Shown piece by piece: positions 24,737 through 38,279 of a DNA stretch of 64,000 bases. How positions within the stretch are numbered: the stretch's first letter is position 1; every line of letters starts with the position of its first letter. The DNA lies in NCBI RefSeq assembly GCF_018977255.1, contig NW_024704742.1:1738001-1802000 (forward strand). Direction: 5' to 3'. This DNA comes from Callorhinchus milii. Taxonomy: Eukaryota. Position numbers and translations under genes: made by a program. Below the pieces are notes generated by a model. That model made no database searches and was not told the origin of the DNA. It saw nothing but the letters and a program-made list of their open reading frames with translations.

Positions 24737-25152
24737 TCGAAGGCACGGTCGAAGAGGAGGGTCTTGAGGTGGGTTTTGAAGGAGGCAAGGGAGGGGGTGA
24801 GGTGGAGGGACTGCGGGATGGAGTTCCAGAAGGTGGGGATAGAGTGGCTGAAGGACGTGAAGCAGGCCGGAGCCCGCTGAGCGGAGGGAGCGGGCAGGAT
24901 GATAGAGGCTTAAGAGGTTGCAGAGGTTGGGGGGAGCAAGGCCATGGAAGGCTTTGAAGGTGAGGACCAGGATCTTGAATTGTATCCTCTGTGCGATGGG
25001 AAGCCGGTGGAGTCGGGCGAGGATGGGGGTGATAGGGTCGCGGGGCCTGGTGTGGAAGAGGACACGGGCTGCAGAATTCTGGATGATCTGCAGCCTACGG
25101 AGGGAGGAGTTGGGGAGGCCGACAAGCAGGGAGTTTGCGTAGTCAAGCCTGG
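24737..25152 (-). mobile_element. L2 LINE ORF2 C-terminal fragment, well preserved
   Basis: Minus-strand translation SRLDYANSLLVGLPNSSLRRLQIIQNSAARVLFHTRPRDPITPILARLHRLPIAQRIQFKILVLTFKAFHGLAPP is the classic L2-clade ORF2 tail. Confidence 0.9.
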
Positions 25153-25459
25153 AATGCAGTAGTTTCCATGAAAAGAATTAAGACATACTGACAAATCAGG
25201 ACAGAAACAGGTACCAATTCAATGGGAAAGATGAGTGAGCTGCTGAAACTAGTGGATAACAGCTGGCCAGCATTGAGGTGTCTATGTAACATAAAGCAAG
25301 CATTAGTCACACTGACACTCAATTCCCCAAGAACTGTTTCATCCTCTGCAATGATGAATATAATACAACGGTGTAAAAAAAAGGGAAATAATCTGGTCAT
25401 TGTTACAGAACTTGCATGTTCATGTCAATGCCCGTTGTAACTCCTTTCGGGTCAGGCGG

Positions 25460-25715
25460 GTGTTTCAAAGCGCTTCAAAAGATATACTGTGAAGCGTAGC
25501 GACTGCGTGTTTTTTGGGTGAACCCAAGGAACTACTGTCAAGCAAACTCGACAGCCACTGTGACCGTAAAGTGAATGAGCTATTAATCTGGAGGATTGCT
25601 GGCTGGGGCATCAGGAGTAGCTCCCTTTCTTTTTCAAATGTTGCTGCAGGCTCTTTAAGGTCCACCTGAACTGGGAGACGGATGAACGGCAAGAGGCTCG
25701 GTTTAACTTCTCGCA
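25460..25715 (-). mobile_element. Older SacSINE1-like DeuSINE remnant
   Basis: Reverse complement includes gttaaaccgagcc...cagttcaggtggaccttaaagagcc...atttgaaaaagaaagggagctactcctgatgcccc. Confidence 0.6.
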
Positions 25716-28039
25716 CAATGAAGGATAAGGAGGCAGGCAGACGAGGCTTCAGTTTAAACTGAGCACAATTGTGATCTGTACACAAATAATAAGAGTGTGG
25801 CACAACATTGCGATCCAAGTTAGGGTGGGCAACACAGCATGCCTCAAGGCACGTTGTAATGGAATTTAGCGCTGAGCAATGTTAACTGAACCCAAGCACT
25901 GGGGGCAGTTTAATCATTGGAATAGATATTTACTGACCACAATGTTCGCCCTTTCCTTTCGCTGGGTTTCAGGAGCATCGGTTACTGCATTGCGTTGAAA
26001 TTCTTCTGAGTGCTTTTGTCTGTGAATTTACTGATGATCAGATTTGAATTCAGTGGAAGTTCTGATTGAATTTGCATCCACTTAATGATAATCCTTGCAT
26101 TTAATATATTGCCTTTCATATCAAGAGAATGCTTCGCAGGACTTACTGTGAGGGTGAAGTGACAGTGTATCTTGCAGCTGAACCCAGTGGTTAATTTGCC
26201 CACAGCCATATCCCACAGACGGACATGAAGTGAATGACTAATTTTATTTGGTGGATGGCTGGCCAAGAAACTGAGAGAAACTTCCATCTGATAATCTGGC
26301 ACTGCCTTAATACCTATGCCGTAGGACAGAGAATAACAGTCACTATTGTACTCTGGGCACACTGGACATTCTGGCAATGTTTATTATACCCTATATATTA
26401 TATACCATATACAATTAATGAATATTAGCTACTGTTATAGCAGTGATGTAAAGCAACTTGAGAGTTAACATCAGCCTTCAACCAAAGTTGCCTCATTACC
26501 GTCTTAATAACGGAGAGTTGATCCCAAGGTCCGTTACTCCCAGAAGCGAGTTGCTCTCGGTATCCTGGCTGACAATTCTGCAGCAAAATTGTTCGTACGC
26601 TTCAAGGCTGTGCGGAAAAGCGTGTGCAAGTCGTCGCTGGTTATCCTACAGTTACACGTGCGCTACACGTAACGACAGGTTAATTACAGGTAAGCTTTTT
26701 GAGATGTTTCAGTGGTATAGGCTCTTTATAGTGTGTTGTATCCCTGGTTCGTGCGCAGTTGCTTTTGAGCGCTGTGAAACATGTACTGTTAGCTAGAACG
26801 AAGGATACCGAGAAGCGGACGAGTATCAACATGCTTCCTTACATTTTCCCTTCATAAATAACTCTCCTTGATCTCTTGTTTACTTCAGTGGATGCTCCTG
26901 AGCGCATAGCAATCCGATTTTTGTTTCTATCCAACTTAGAGGGCATTGGCAATGACATTATCATTGAACTCTCCGAATCAACAGTAGCAGTGATGAGGCC
27001 TCAACCAACGTGACATGTTCGACTTGTGTCTGACCTGCAGTCCACTTATATCCCTGTCAATTCATATTAATGTTGAAACACAATGTTTCAGCCGGCACAG
27101 TGGCTCCCAATCTTCAGACACGCACGTAGTTTCTTTTTGTTCAGCTTGTTATATTTTTTGGGGGGGCTTGCGAGGGTTATTTTAGGTTTCTACATGTTGT
27201 TGTTACTGCCGCACTTGCTAAATATTTTCTTTGCGACTTCAGGTCTCTTGGATAAGAGGTCCCTGATCGGTAAAGTGCAGGATTGGTGTTTTCTTGCTAC
27301 ACACTAAACGCCTACAAATACACAGTCATTACACTTTGCAATAAATCCTGTGCAGTGCTTTGAGACATCCTCCTGACGCGAAAGGCGCAAACCCAAATGT
27401 AAGGATTATCAAATGTAAGGATTATTAATAGTTCAAATGCTCTCCTGGGTCGATCTTCAGAAATGTATTCAAAATGCAAAGACAGCAAAAGCAGCAAAAA
27501 CAGAAAGAATATGTTGCCGCTCTTTCTCATAGTGCGGTACTTTGAGTAGTGATTGTAGAAATTACAGAACAGGAAGAGGACGTCTGACTCATTCAGTCTA
27601 TGCTGTTAACCTATTAACTTAAACTTAAAGCAAATCCAAATATTCTTTTCCTTTTGCAGTGACCAGCTTATTTTCTCCCCAGGACCTAAAGACTGCAAAC
27701 CCCTTTATATCTGGTGTCCTTTTCCTCATTCAATCTTTAATACCTTAAAAGGCCTTTAATACCCAGGTTTAACACCACTTAATCATTATTTGTGATTTAT
27801 CTTGTCTGCGCCTGCTCCTTTCAGCCTCGGTGGGATCTTTTCTGTCTTCGACCTGATGGAAGGGGAGATACTGTACTGGATATAACCTTTAAAAGATATT
27901 ACATCTGAAGCACAGGATGAGCATTATCGATGATCCTCAGTGATGCTTCCTAGTTTGGAGCCAAACAGAAAGCTCAATGAATGATTGGCTTTATCACAAG
28001 TTATAGAAGATAACGCAGCAATATGCTACTGTACTTATA

Positions 28040-28350
28040 TTGAGAATTGGCCACCATCTGATCTTGAGGATTTTGTTCAGACTCAATGTTTGTTATAATT
28101 GGAGCTAAAACCCTTAAATGTGAATCAAGAAAATATTTCTTCACACAAACGCTTGAGAGAACGTGGGACGTACTGTCCCAGGATGTTATAGAATGTTGTC
28201 CATACTTCGGGAGGAGATGCGCAGGTATTTTGCATGTTATTATATTCAGTGGGATATGGGGAGAAAAGGCAAAGAATTGATAATAGAAAGGTGCCACGAA
28301 ATATANTTTTTTTTGTGTGGCACGCTTAAAGGGCTGAATGCCTATTCCTG
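28040..28350 (+). mobile_element. CR1 LINE 3' fragment (contains the single N at about 28306)
   Basis: KCESRKYFFTQTLERTWDVLSQDVIE followed by a 3' UTR ending gggctgaatgcctattcctg. Confidence 0.7.
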
Positions 28351-28577
28351 TTTTTGTGTCCCTCTGGGAGCGTGTGTCGTAAGCAGGGCCAACAGAAAAT
28401 TGCGGAAACCTTTCCCAACGCGCAGGGAAATTCGCTGGTTTTGCAGAAAATTGAGGGGTGCCGTTGAGAGGTACGTGATTGTTCGGGAGAAGTGCCGGAG
28501 GTGAGGCCACGAGCCACCGAGAGAAGTGAAAAGCCAAATTAAGTTGTGGCCGGGAACTTAATGTCGCTTTCGTTTGT

Positions 28578-28888
28578 AGTGGAGTCCTGTTGCTCAGTGG
28601 TTAGAGCACTCGCCTCGCAAGTGAGAGACCTGGGTTCGATTCCCAGCAGGCCGAAACGTCGGGCAAGTTTCCTTACTCCACACGCTCCTGTTTACCCAGC
28701 AGTAAGCAGGAACCCGGTTGCTAGTCGATTGGTGGATCGGGCTTTTGGCCACTACGCCCCGAAACTCTGGAACGCTCTTCCTCTGTCCCTCATTCTTGGC
28801 TCCTCCTTGGTGTTGTGCTCCACCACTGTCAAGCGCTGTGGGGTGCAAACCTCTGTGAGAGGCGCCATATAAATGCGACACTATTATA
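28578..28888 (+). mobile_element. Chimeric element: SINE 5' half (tRNA-Ala-like head) fused to an L2 3' end
   Basis: A box ttgctcagtggttagag, anticodon arm ctcgc-ctcgcaa-gtgag and B box ggttcgattcc. SINE body runs to about 28740, then L2 text DRAFGHYAPKLWNALP and the tail aggcgccatataaatgc. Confidence 0.75.
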
Positions 28889-30061
28889 GAACCCAAAATA
28901 TTATTATCTTAGCAATTGCTCGCGAACTACTCCAGGTCGCTTGCAGGCGCGAGCCCAACATTTGAGCAAGGCCTAATAAGGGTGGTAAATGTACAGCAGT
29001 GGGCATCTCTGGCTGCGCGTTCCCTCACACAATGCATCAGAATAAGTGTGAAGAGCAGAAGCCATGGTCTTTCATTGTAAGCCCTTTATCCTTGTCTCTT
29101 ATCAGCTCAGCGGGAGCCAAGGCTACTTGGAAACAAATGGGTTCTTCCTTATGTGATTACCGAAATAGCCTCAAGTATGGTTGTTAGCACCATGGGGTCT
29201 GCATGCACTCTCGGTCCACAGAATGTGCTCCGTTTTTATAAGTGAGCTTCTGAGCGAGGCTGATAATGAAGATGCACATTGCAGCAGATTCCTTTTCCTT
29301 TGATGAGCTGAGCTGCCAGAATCACTGGCCTTGGGAGTGCCTGTGTCATATTTTTTGTATCGGGGGATTTGTACCAAACGTGTAATTTGGTAGCCAAGAG
29401 TTTGATGCCGTTCACCTTTCCTCACAAGTCCGTGAAGGGTCTTAAAAGGCAGATGGTTCTGTGTGTGAAGACGCTGTGATTCTGGCTTGCTCTTAAATGG
29501 TTTTGCATGTGCTTCTGCTTTGCATAGGCATGTGGACGTTTTAATAATATTGATTAGGAACAACCATCAATGACATTCTGCAGCTTCTGATCGACAACAC
29601 ACCAAAACAATTCATAGTCGCATAACGTTTACCGCACAGGAGGAGATAATTTGGTCCATTTGATAAGTTGTCTGTTTTGCTATGAGCGTGCCACTGGAAC
29701 AAGCTACTTCAATTTTTGCCAGAAAAGGTGATTAAGACCAGACCACTGAATTTGTTTATAAAGCAGCTAGATGCTGGTTGGGAGGACAGTAGGGTGGGAT
29801 GAGATCAGATGGACTTAAAGGCCTTCGTCAACCAGGTCATTCTTGTGAACTCCATTACCATGGTCTTTTCTCATGCCCTTTAATGTATTTTCCTCACACA
29901 TTGATATCTAATTCCCTGACGAACTAGTAACCATCATCCTGGGGGAGAGGAGGTAGATGAGGTTTTCTTGGAGCTGAACTGAATCCAAGGTGACATGTTT
30001 GGCAAAGATAGAACATGGAGGGATGGACAAGTCAATGGAGGCAGGGAATCTCCGTGCACCT

Positions 30062-30286
30062 GATAATGATCCCTCAAGAAAAAATAAACAATAATAAGAA
30101 AAATTGGTCACTCAATCCATGACTGTTTCTGGGGCACTGCTGTGCGCAATTGGCTGCTGCATTTCGCCCACAAAATATATACAGTCAATTCACTTTATAA
30201 TATATTCTGTGAAGTGCTTTGAGACGTCTAGAAGACGCGAAAAAGCGCTATATCAAATGCAAGGATTATTATTATTATTATTATTA
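30062..30286 (+). mobile_element. 5'-truncated young Deu-domain SINE
   Basis: aattggtcactcaatccatgactgtttctggggcactgctgtgcgcaattggctgc...aaagcgctatatcaaatgcaagga(tta)n. Confidence 0.9.
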
Positions 30287-30950
30287 GGTGAAGTATCAGT
30301 GTGCTTAGCCAGTTCTTGCCATTATTTTAATTTCCCTTTGTAGAATAGAGCAGTACCCAACATCACAGCCCATTGCTATCTGGACGAGAATTATTGGCTT
30401 GGTATTCTCAGCACTGAGTATATAACACTTCATTGTGGCATTTCAATTTATTCACAGTACTAAACTGTGCCGAGCTGACTTTAAAAAGAAAACAACTTCT
30501 CAGTCTGTCTCATAATATTGTGTTTCACTATTTATTAACAGCCTGCTTGCATTTTGTTTGCTCATAAAAATGTTGTGGTCGATGCGTAACGTAATTTCAA
30601 ATTAAGTGTGGATAAGGTACTGAGTAAGTCACAGCACAACTGATTGCGGCTTAATTGAAAGACGGTAGTTTCTGTCGGCGGTAGGAGTTGAGTTACAAAA
30701 ACAAGGGAAAACCTTTTGTTTGTTGCAAACCCATATGACGTCTGTTGTACAACAGTGGCTCAAATCGGTCTGTAGAGATGTTTTTTTTTGCTGAACATTA
30801 GAGATGAGGGTGATTCTTTTTCTCTGATCAGAGTAGAACCAGGCTTGAGCTATGAATACCGCCTCTCGTGTCGTTTTCTCATGTATTTTTTTTTCACCCT
30901 TTGCCATCTTTGCACAGTGATATTGATTGCTGTGTGTTTTCCCCTTGCAG

Positions 30951-31062
30951 TGGGCCGTGAAGACTCAAACCAGTCCATCAAGTCGTGCATTGAAATCCTG
31001 CACTCACCGGTTGAGCGGAAGATGAAAATCGAAGGACCAAAAGTCCCAGACGCTCCAAAAGA
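30951..31062 (+). CDS. CCSER1: Next internal coding exon of CCSER1, 112 nt, phase 1 in, phase 2 out
   Basis: Acceptor ...gtgttttccccttgcag|TG; donor AAAGA|gtgagt. Splicing to 8174 rebuilds G|TG (Val) and gives VGREDSNQSIKSCIEILHSPVERKMKIEGPKVPDAPK, which resembles remembered CCSER1 VCREDSYHSVVSC...PEPSK. The intervening intron is about 22.8 kb. Confidence 0.85.
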
Positions 31063-33404
31063 GTGAGTTACTAACCCCACTGTGCACTTCATTCTCCTGA
31101 TTACCCGCTCTTCTAATTAGGAAAAATAGTCATTTGGGCTCGAATGAAAATATCGGTATGGTTTTGAGAATAACGGTGAAGCGGAACCCCAGGGGACAGC
31201 ATTGTTAATGCTTTGAGCGGTAACATTGATGGAGAGACAAATACAGAAATATGTACTTTGTATTCTGGTTGTCATTTTTTTATTGTAGTTCTTGTATGTC
31301 ATCTTTGAGTGCCTCCCGTACACTGGTGGAAGGTTGTTCCCTGCAAGCCCTGTTACCCTTGACATCGTGGTCAGTTTAACCTTCACAAAAGCAGTTGACC
31401 TCAAGGGGTACGTGGTGGAAGCTTAGGATTCAACCTGTTTCTGTATTCTGAGGTGTGATTCCTTACCAGTTTGGATATGGACCACGGTACATTACTGTGT
31501 TGTTTATAGGTGTTTGACATCTCAGGGTGTTTTTTTTTTTAACCCTCACATGATGCTTCACACCTTGCATATGCTTTCATAATAAGAGATGAAACAGGAA
31601 AGAGAAGAATATAATTAAGAGCAGCCAACACGGATCTATGAAAGGAAGGTCACGGTTGACCGAACTTATTGAATTCTGCGAAGACGTAACTGTTATATTG
31701 GATGAGGGAAATGCCACGTGAGAAACTTTTCTCATCCGGTCCTTCAGTTTAACCTGATTAATAATAACATAATAACAGCCCTTACATTTATATTGCATGT
31801 TGGGGGAAGGGAAAGAAGACCATCACAAGATTTACTGTAAAGTGTAGTGACTTTGTATTTTGTAGGCAAAGGTGGGAGTACCCTGTATCTAATTATGTAT
31901 TTTCCTTTTTAAAAAAACTTTTTTTTTTGTCTCTGAGACAGGTTTGGTGTTCTTGTAAACCAAAGCACTTTATTGGCACTTTGTGCTGCCTGCAAGTCGG
32001 GTATGAAAGGAAATTTGGTTGACAAGTTAGTTCAACCTGTTCAAAAGAGGGGTATGCTTTAAACTGGTCTTAACATGTGTCTCGTTGATCGTTGAATACA
32101 AACACTGTTCTTGTGCCTTAGCAGATAATGGTACAAAGGAAACAAAATTAATCATTTGAGCCGTTCATGTAATTATCCTACTATTGAAACTGAGGAAGTT
32201 GGCATGTTGTACGAAACGACATTGTTAGAAATTAATTGGTACCTTTTCACTGCTAACGTACAGGAATGTCTGATCGAAGTGCGAATTAATAATGACTGTT
32301 AGTACACTTAATAAGTGTAAACTACCAGTGAAATTTACAACACAGGACTAGGTCTTATACCCAGCGTGTCAGTGCTGGCTCTTTTAAGAGCAAACCTTTC
32401 AGTCCTATTCACCTGCCCTTTTCCAATTTCCCAGTCCGCATTATGATCTGCAGGAATCTCAACACAAGTTCTCTGGATATTCAAGTTGCTTTTGCTTCCA
32501 ATTCGGGCAGGCAAAGGTTTGAGCTGAGACCTCAGCAGCCGCAATAAGATTTCCAATTACATTGATGTCGTTGCTTTTCAACAGAGTTGCAAAGGTGAAG
32601 AGTTTCCTTTCTGAAAAACACGCAGTTACTGTATTTTCTGTGCGCTGTAAGGGTAATTGTTTTTTTGTAACCACATAAATTTCGGACTGTCATCATTGCT
32701 GTTCAGACTCCATAGAGTCCCAAGAAACTCTGGAAAGCTGCAATCTGCTAACAGGCAGGCGAAAGCCAGCAGCCAACTGCAGGATATTATCAAGAGCTGC
32801 GTTGGGGGAGGCCTGTCCCAAAGTGATTTATATTTGACACTTACGCAGTTTCTTAATGTTGCACTGCAAGCTCCTGCGCTTCACTTCCAACAATATTGTG
32901 GGGTGGAGCAGAGGGCTTGATTTACATCCTCGAATTCAAGCAAAAGCTTTACAAACCGCAGAAGTCCTCAACAGGAAAGGTGTTTGGGGCCAGGTTCCAG
33001 GATTCGTACTTTTTTTTTAAAACAAATAGTTGGATGCTGTGTTGGGAGGAGAGTAGGGGGCTGCTGTCCTGCAAGGACAAAGATCAAATGGGCCGAAGGT
33101 TTTTCCTGATCAGAACCAATTGTGTGATCTTTGGGCCAGAGCAATGACACTCTATGGTATGTACATTCAGACCAAAATCAGGGCTCTGTTTTTACCATTA
33201 TTAGAGAATGATCCATCACAAAATGGCTTGACAGTTCTTGGGTTTGCAGTTGACTCCCCAAAGAGCTTTCAATGGACCACGAGGGAAGGGAGGACAGTGA
33301 TTTATAGCTGCCATGTCTATCCTGGAGCTGATGCTTCTCAAGCTGCCTTCCTGTTGAAATTTGCTGGATAGACAGTGCTTTAAAAATAGTAAGCTATGTG
33401 GTTT

Positions 33405-33630
33405 TAGCTGGTTAGACTCCCAACAGTTACGCCAACGCACGCTCTGGGGTCCCCAAGCCTTGGCTCGTGCCAACCTGTGCCTAATACCCTCTGGAATTAG
33501 GTAAGCAGGATGCTTCGCTCCAGAGAGAGAGTTAGCGTTCCATCCCAACAGTCTATCTCTGGGATTTCCATGTGTACATGGAATGCATGGAATTCTCAGC
33601 TTGGTTTGGATCCCTAAGCATGGTGATGGG
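33405..33630 (-). repeat. Unclassified interspersed repeat (same family as 23835-24075)
   Basis: Clear nucleotide homology; the ORF track shows matching pseudo-peptides IQTKLRTPCIPPTHGNSRDRLLEW and IQTKLRIPCIPCTHGNPRDRLLGW. Confidence 0.8.
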
Positions 33631-33675
33631 TTTCCGCTTGCATCTGACCAGAGAAGAATCAAGCTGCCTCCAAGC

Positions 33676-33827
33676 AATTGACTAACAACATGGTTCCTAC
33701 TTAATGCGAGGTAAACAGAGGCGTGTGGAGTAAGGAAACTTACCTCACGTTTTGCCCTGCCAGCGAATCGAACCCAGCTCCTCTCGCTTGCGAGGTGAGC
33801 GTCTAACCATTAAGCTGCAGGACTCCA
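33676..33827 (-). mobile_element. 5' half of young SINE (tRNA head and first body segment)
   Basis: Reverse complement begins gtggagtcctgcagcttaatggttagacgctcacctcgcaagcgagaggagctgggttcgattcg. Confidence 0.85.
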
Positions 33828-36800
33828 CTCTTTAGGGCCATATGAACTGCCATTTATGGAACAGATATTTTCTTTACAGTAACCGCTGTCCTCACCGTTA
33901 CTTATCATTATATCCTGAGGTTACTCTTCATTCCGCCTCCCAGATGTAGTAATGCCAGAGATGTTAAACCGTTTCTCCCGCTGCCTCCGGTGACAGCAGC
34001 CGTCCTCTATCCAAAACTGCAGGTGCCAAAATTACAACAAATTAATGCTTGCACATTTGGGCGCAACAGCAGACTGAACTGTCAACCTACCTGCACAGGG
34101 TAGCACTGGGAAAAGCCACCGTTTGGGACTGTATGGAGCTTCCCAAAGTAGCAGGGACAATCTGCAGACAGTGACAAAATCACAAACTCCAGCATGAAAA
34201 CAGCTTCCGAAACTAACCGGGACAAAGTCCACAGCACAAGCTGCCTCCTTCAATCTGCTCTGCGGTGTAAACCCAGCGTAATTGTGCATTGATTGCACCC
34301 TGTAGCCCAAACCACCGGTTCTGTTCTGTCAACACATTGCTGCGGTTGTACGATGCGTTGATCCATTCGGAGGATTTTCTATCCATTGCCTGAGCATTCT
34401 CAAAACTTGCTGATGCATCGACGCGCGTTAATATTTCAGCAGTATGTCTTGTTGTAGTTGCATGTTTTTAAATCCAAAATGTGCAAATCAGTTTCCTGTA
34501 TCATCCAGGTTTGTGTCTGCGATGTTAGCTCTTACTCTGCGATGTGTCTCTTCGGTGATTGTTTGCCTTGCATGTGATTGAACGATCGGGTTGTTAATTT
34601 GTAGATGGAAATGGATCTATTTACACCTATTACCGTACTCGATTTGAGCACGCTCACATAACGAGTGCAGTATACACCGAGCAGCTACGGTAAGCTTCCG
34701 GGGTGGGAAGATTGTGTCGTGTCAGGCAGTGGTTGGTCCCAATGTAACTGTTATCCTCCGCATCCTGGATGGTGACCGGCAGATGTTGGACACGTACATT
34801 TGATGCAGGGGATCCGGTTTCTTTTAACGCCATGGACAGAGACCCCTTGTACACAATGAGATCTGGTTAAGGAATGTGTTACAGTGCTGTATTTGAGAAA
34901 GAGACTGCCCTCGTTGGGTATGGACTTGTTGAGCCTAGACTCTGACCTGGTGTTATTAATCCTTGCATTTTTGATGTGGAGTCTTTCACGTCCGGGGTGA
35001 TTCACAGGATTTTACTATGATCTATAAGGTGTGTTTTATAGGCGCCCACAGAGCCACAACACCACCTAAACAGGCAGATGGGACTGTGGTCCCCTATATA
35101 TTGACCTAATTTGTACACATTTAAGTTTATACTGACATCTACATCTAAATATGTTTCTGTAAGTATATGCTGACTAGCAACTCCCACGTGTCCTTTTTTC
35201 AGTGGCCAACAATCACCCAGATAGAAATCAGATATGCACTTCATGGCAAGGATTATTATTAGATTATGTATTTATTCTTTAAAGCGTCCGAGTGTTGATG
35301 GAACAGGCTGAAGATGTTCAGTGTGTGCTTGGTGCATTTTACCTTACCGCAGCCAACTCGTGACTGCTGAATTGCTTAAGGATTACGGAGGCTTAAAGTT
35401 CTTAATGTAACTGATTTCACTGCTTGTTCAGAAAGAAACGCAGTAATTGCTGAATTTGATTTTGTTGTACGTTTGCAGAGCTTACTGGCATGAGTTGAAG
35501 CATTGGAGTAAATTCTCCTGGCTTTTTGCAGATCACACTCACGATACAGGCTGATAGAACAAATGGAAGAAGAATGCCTAGAGTTTACGAAATATATAGT
35601 TGCAGCCGATTTTTGGAATAAATTCATGCAAATTTGAGTTCATCAAATAAATGATTGACTGGCTCCATAAGATTCAGAGTCTTAGCTATGATGGAAAATT
35701 ATAATTTCAAAGCAGAATAGGCTCCTATTGAGGTGGTGGAATTAACAACAACAATAAATTACATTTGTTATACCGTCTTTCACATCGGGAGAACATCCCA
35801 AGGCGTTGAAGGCAAATGTACATTTAAGTGAAATGTTATTAGACAAGCTGGACTATTGAGCTGTCGTGCACAACATTGATGCTGGTACCAATTCATTGTA
35901 ATGTGCATTTTGGAGTGGAGCAGGAAACCTGTGGAATATTGTCAATGTGGAAATACAGTAGAATCCTGATAAGTACTTTCTATAATAAAGAAACACTGTG
36001 CCTGCATCGAGCGCGATGAAACCATTGTGATATTTTCATTGAATTAAAACACGATACAGAGAGTGATGTATTTGTCTACAGATTGAATGACAAAATTCAG
36101 AACTGCAGAAAAAAAGTATGTTAACGCTATAGAACTCCCAACGTTCAGTGAGGGAGGGAGGCATTCGATTGTGAGAGTCAAAGTAATTGACAGTGCCTAT
36201 AACCCAAGATTTATTATAGCCAATGAATGGAAATACTAGTGGACAGAATCCCTTTTGCATGTGCTGCTATTAAAGATGCCACACAGTAAAAGATTGCCCT
36301 CTGCACTGCAATTCGTTCAATCCAAATATATAGATGAGGGAGAAGGGAACAGCAGGGTATGGGAGGGATTAAGAGGCTGAGTATAAAGAGCGACGCAGTC
36401 TGTTTTGGACTGAATGGCCTCTTTCTGTGCTGCAAAGTCCATGTAAATCATCTGTTCAGAACTTCAATCGCATACAAAGCCTATTCTCAATATGTACCTC
36501 TTTGACTGTGCTTTAGGTCATCTGTCCTCTCTCCGTTACCTGGGCTCCCAAGTCCCAGCTCAGGTGTCCAGACGCCATTGTCAAGTGCTTTGAGACATCC
36601 TTCTGATATGCAAGGCAAATGTAAATTGTATTGGGTTTAACCTAAATAACGATAGAAAATACTACATAGGTCTGTAGTCATATAATGGGTAAGGATAACC
36701 TGTGGTGTGGGAACGAACCCTACGGACCCCAAGGTTTCCAAGGCAGTTCCCAAGGTTCTGCCCCAGGTAAAGACAGCGTTAGCTGATCACACCCATGTAA

Positions 36801-36879
36801 CGAACACATTAATTGGCTTCAACATCCTGGTTCTGCAAACGAATAAGCCATTTACTGTTGCTGACCATCCGAAGTGTGT

Positions 36880-37250
36880 CAGTCTGCCTCCGTTGGCAGG
36901 ACACTCGCCTCCGAGTCAGAAGGTTGTGGGTTCAAGCCCCACATCTGGATTTGGGACGCGTACAGACGAGACAGACAATCCAGTGCAGTGAGTGTGAGTG
37001 CACTGCGTCGTCAAAGATGAGACGTTAGACCGAGTTTCCATCTGCCTGTTCAGGTGGGTAGATCCCATGGAACTATTTGGGAAGGGAAGTTCTCCCAGTG
37101 TCCTGGCCAATCACCCCCTAGTTAACATCGGTCATCTAACTCATGGCTGTTTGTGGGATGTCACTATGTACAAATTGGTGTTCACCCACAAAATACGTAC
37201 AGTTACTGCACTTCACAGTATATTGCTGTGAAGCGCTTGGAAATGTCTTG
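36880..37250 (+). mobile_element. Near full-length old SacSINE1-like DeuSINE
   Basis: cactcgcctccgagtcagaaggttgtgggttcaagccccac...tccagtgcagt...gatgagacgttagaccgag...ttcaggtgggtagatcccatggaactattt...tctcccagtgtcctggccaat...ggctgtttgtgggatg...gtgaagcgctt matches the remembered shark DeuSINE consensus. Confidence 0.8.
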
Positions 37251-38279
37251 TGTGATTATTTCGGTACCTATATTGAGAATACATGAATACGCAAGGAGGT
37301 GGGAGCATGGCGTGACTGTCAAATTACGATACATTGGAGAAGTAGATGTGCAGGAGAGAGTGAGTGGAATTTATAAATGGAGCTGACTGAGAGAGGACAG
37401 GTACACTCTTTGTTCTTCAACAAACTTTAGATTTGAAAGCTAAGTCGCATGTCAATTTCAAGATAAATTGGTCATTCATTCCGTGGCTGTTTGTGGGACA
37501 TTGCCGTGGGGGTACTGGCTGCTGCGTTTCGACCGCAAAAAGCAGTCAAACCACTTTACAGGATATCAGCAGAGGCTGACGAGAGAAAGAGCGGGTGGAA
37601 AAACAATAATAATAATCCTTATATTTGGTACGGCGGCTTTCACGTCGGGAGAACATCTCAAAAGGTGCTTCACGGGATATACTGTAAAGTTGAGCGATTG
37701 TGTGTGTTTTGTGGACAGGCACTGTCTCACGATGACGTACAACAGTCCTGAAAGTCGTATCAGTACAAAGCGAGAAGAATGTAAAGAGCGTGGCCCACAC
37801 GTTATAGGAAACGTGAGAGTTAATAAGCTGCTCCCAAGTGTCAATATTTCGTATGTGTTTCTGCTTAATTCTGTTTCATCTTCAGTAAAGTGTGGAGCGC
37901 AGATTGATTTATTTTTAAAAATGCAATGAAACCGTTCAATTGATTTTCGGAGAACAGGTGGGATAAGCTGTCGATGCCTAGACCTCAGTGAGGGGGATAT
38001 GAGAAAGAGCAGATGGCCGATGCAGACCACAGAATAATGGTTCAAGTTGGGAAAAATTAGATTTTGCTGATTCGCATGATTTCATTTCACAGGAGCAGCG
38101 ACTTGGGGGGAAAAAAAAGAATTAAGAAGTGAAACGTTTTTAATTCAGGAGCAATGAATCGATTGTGTTTTTTTTGTTCAGTTTTTTTTATTGTTGACCA
38201 TATCTACCTTCTGTTTTCCATTGGAACTTTTCCACCCGCCCGAAGATGGGAATGAAGTGATCAGTCTCGGGTATATCCA

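Noticed and set aside
28306..28306. Ambiguous base N
   Set aside because: Assembly artefact inside a CR1 fragment, not biological.
28578..28655. tRNA-Ala(CGC)-like gene (also at about 33760-33827, 38520-38595, 51955-52024 and 57110-57175)
   Set aside because: A/B boxes and an anticodon arm are present, but there is no acceptor-stem closure and each runs straight into SINE body sequence. These are SINE heads.
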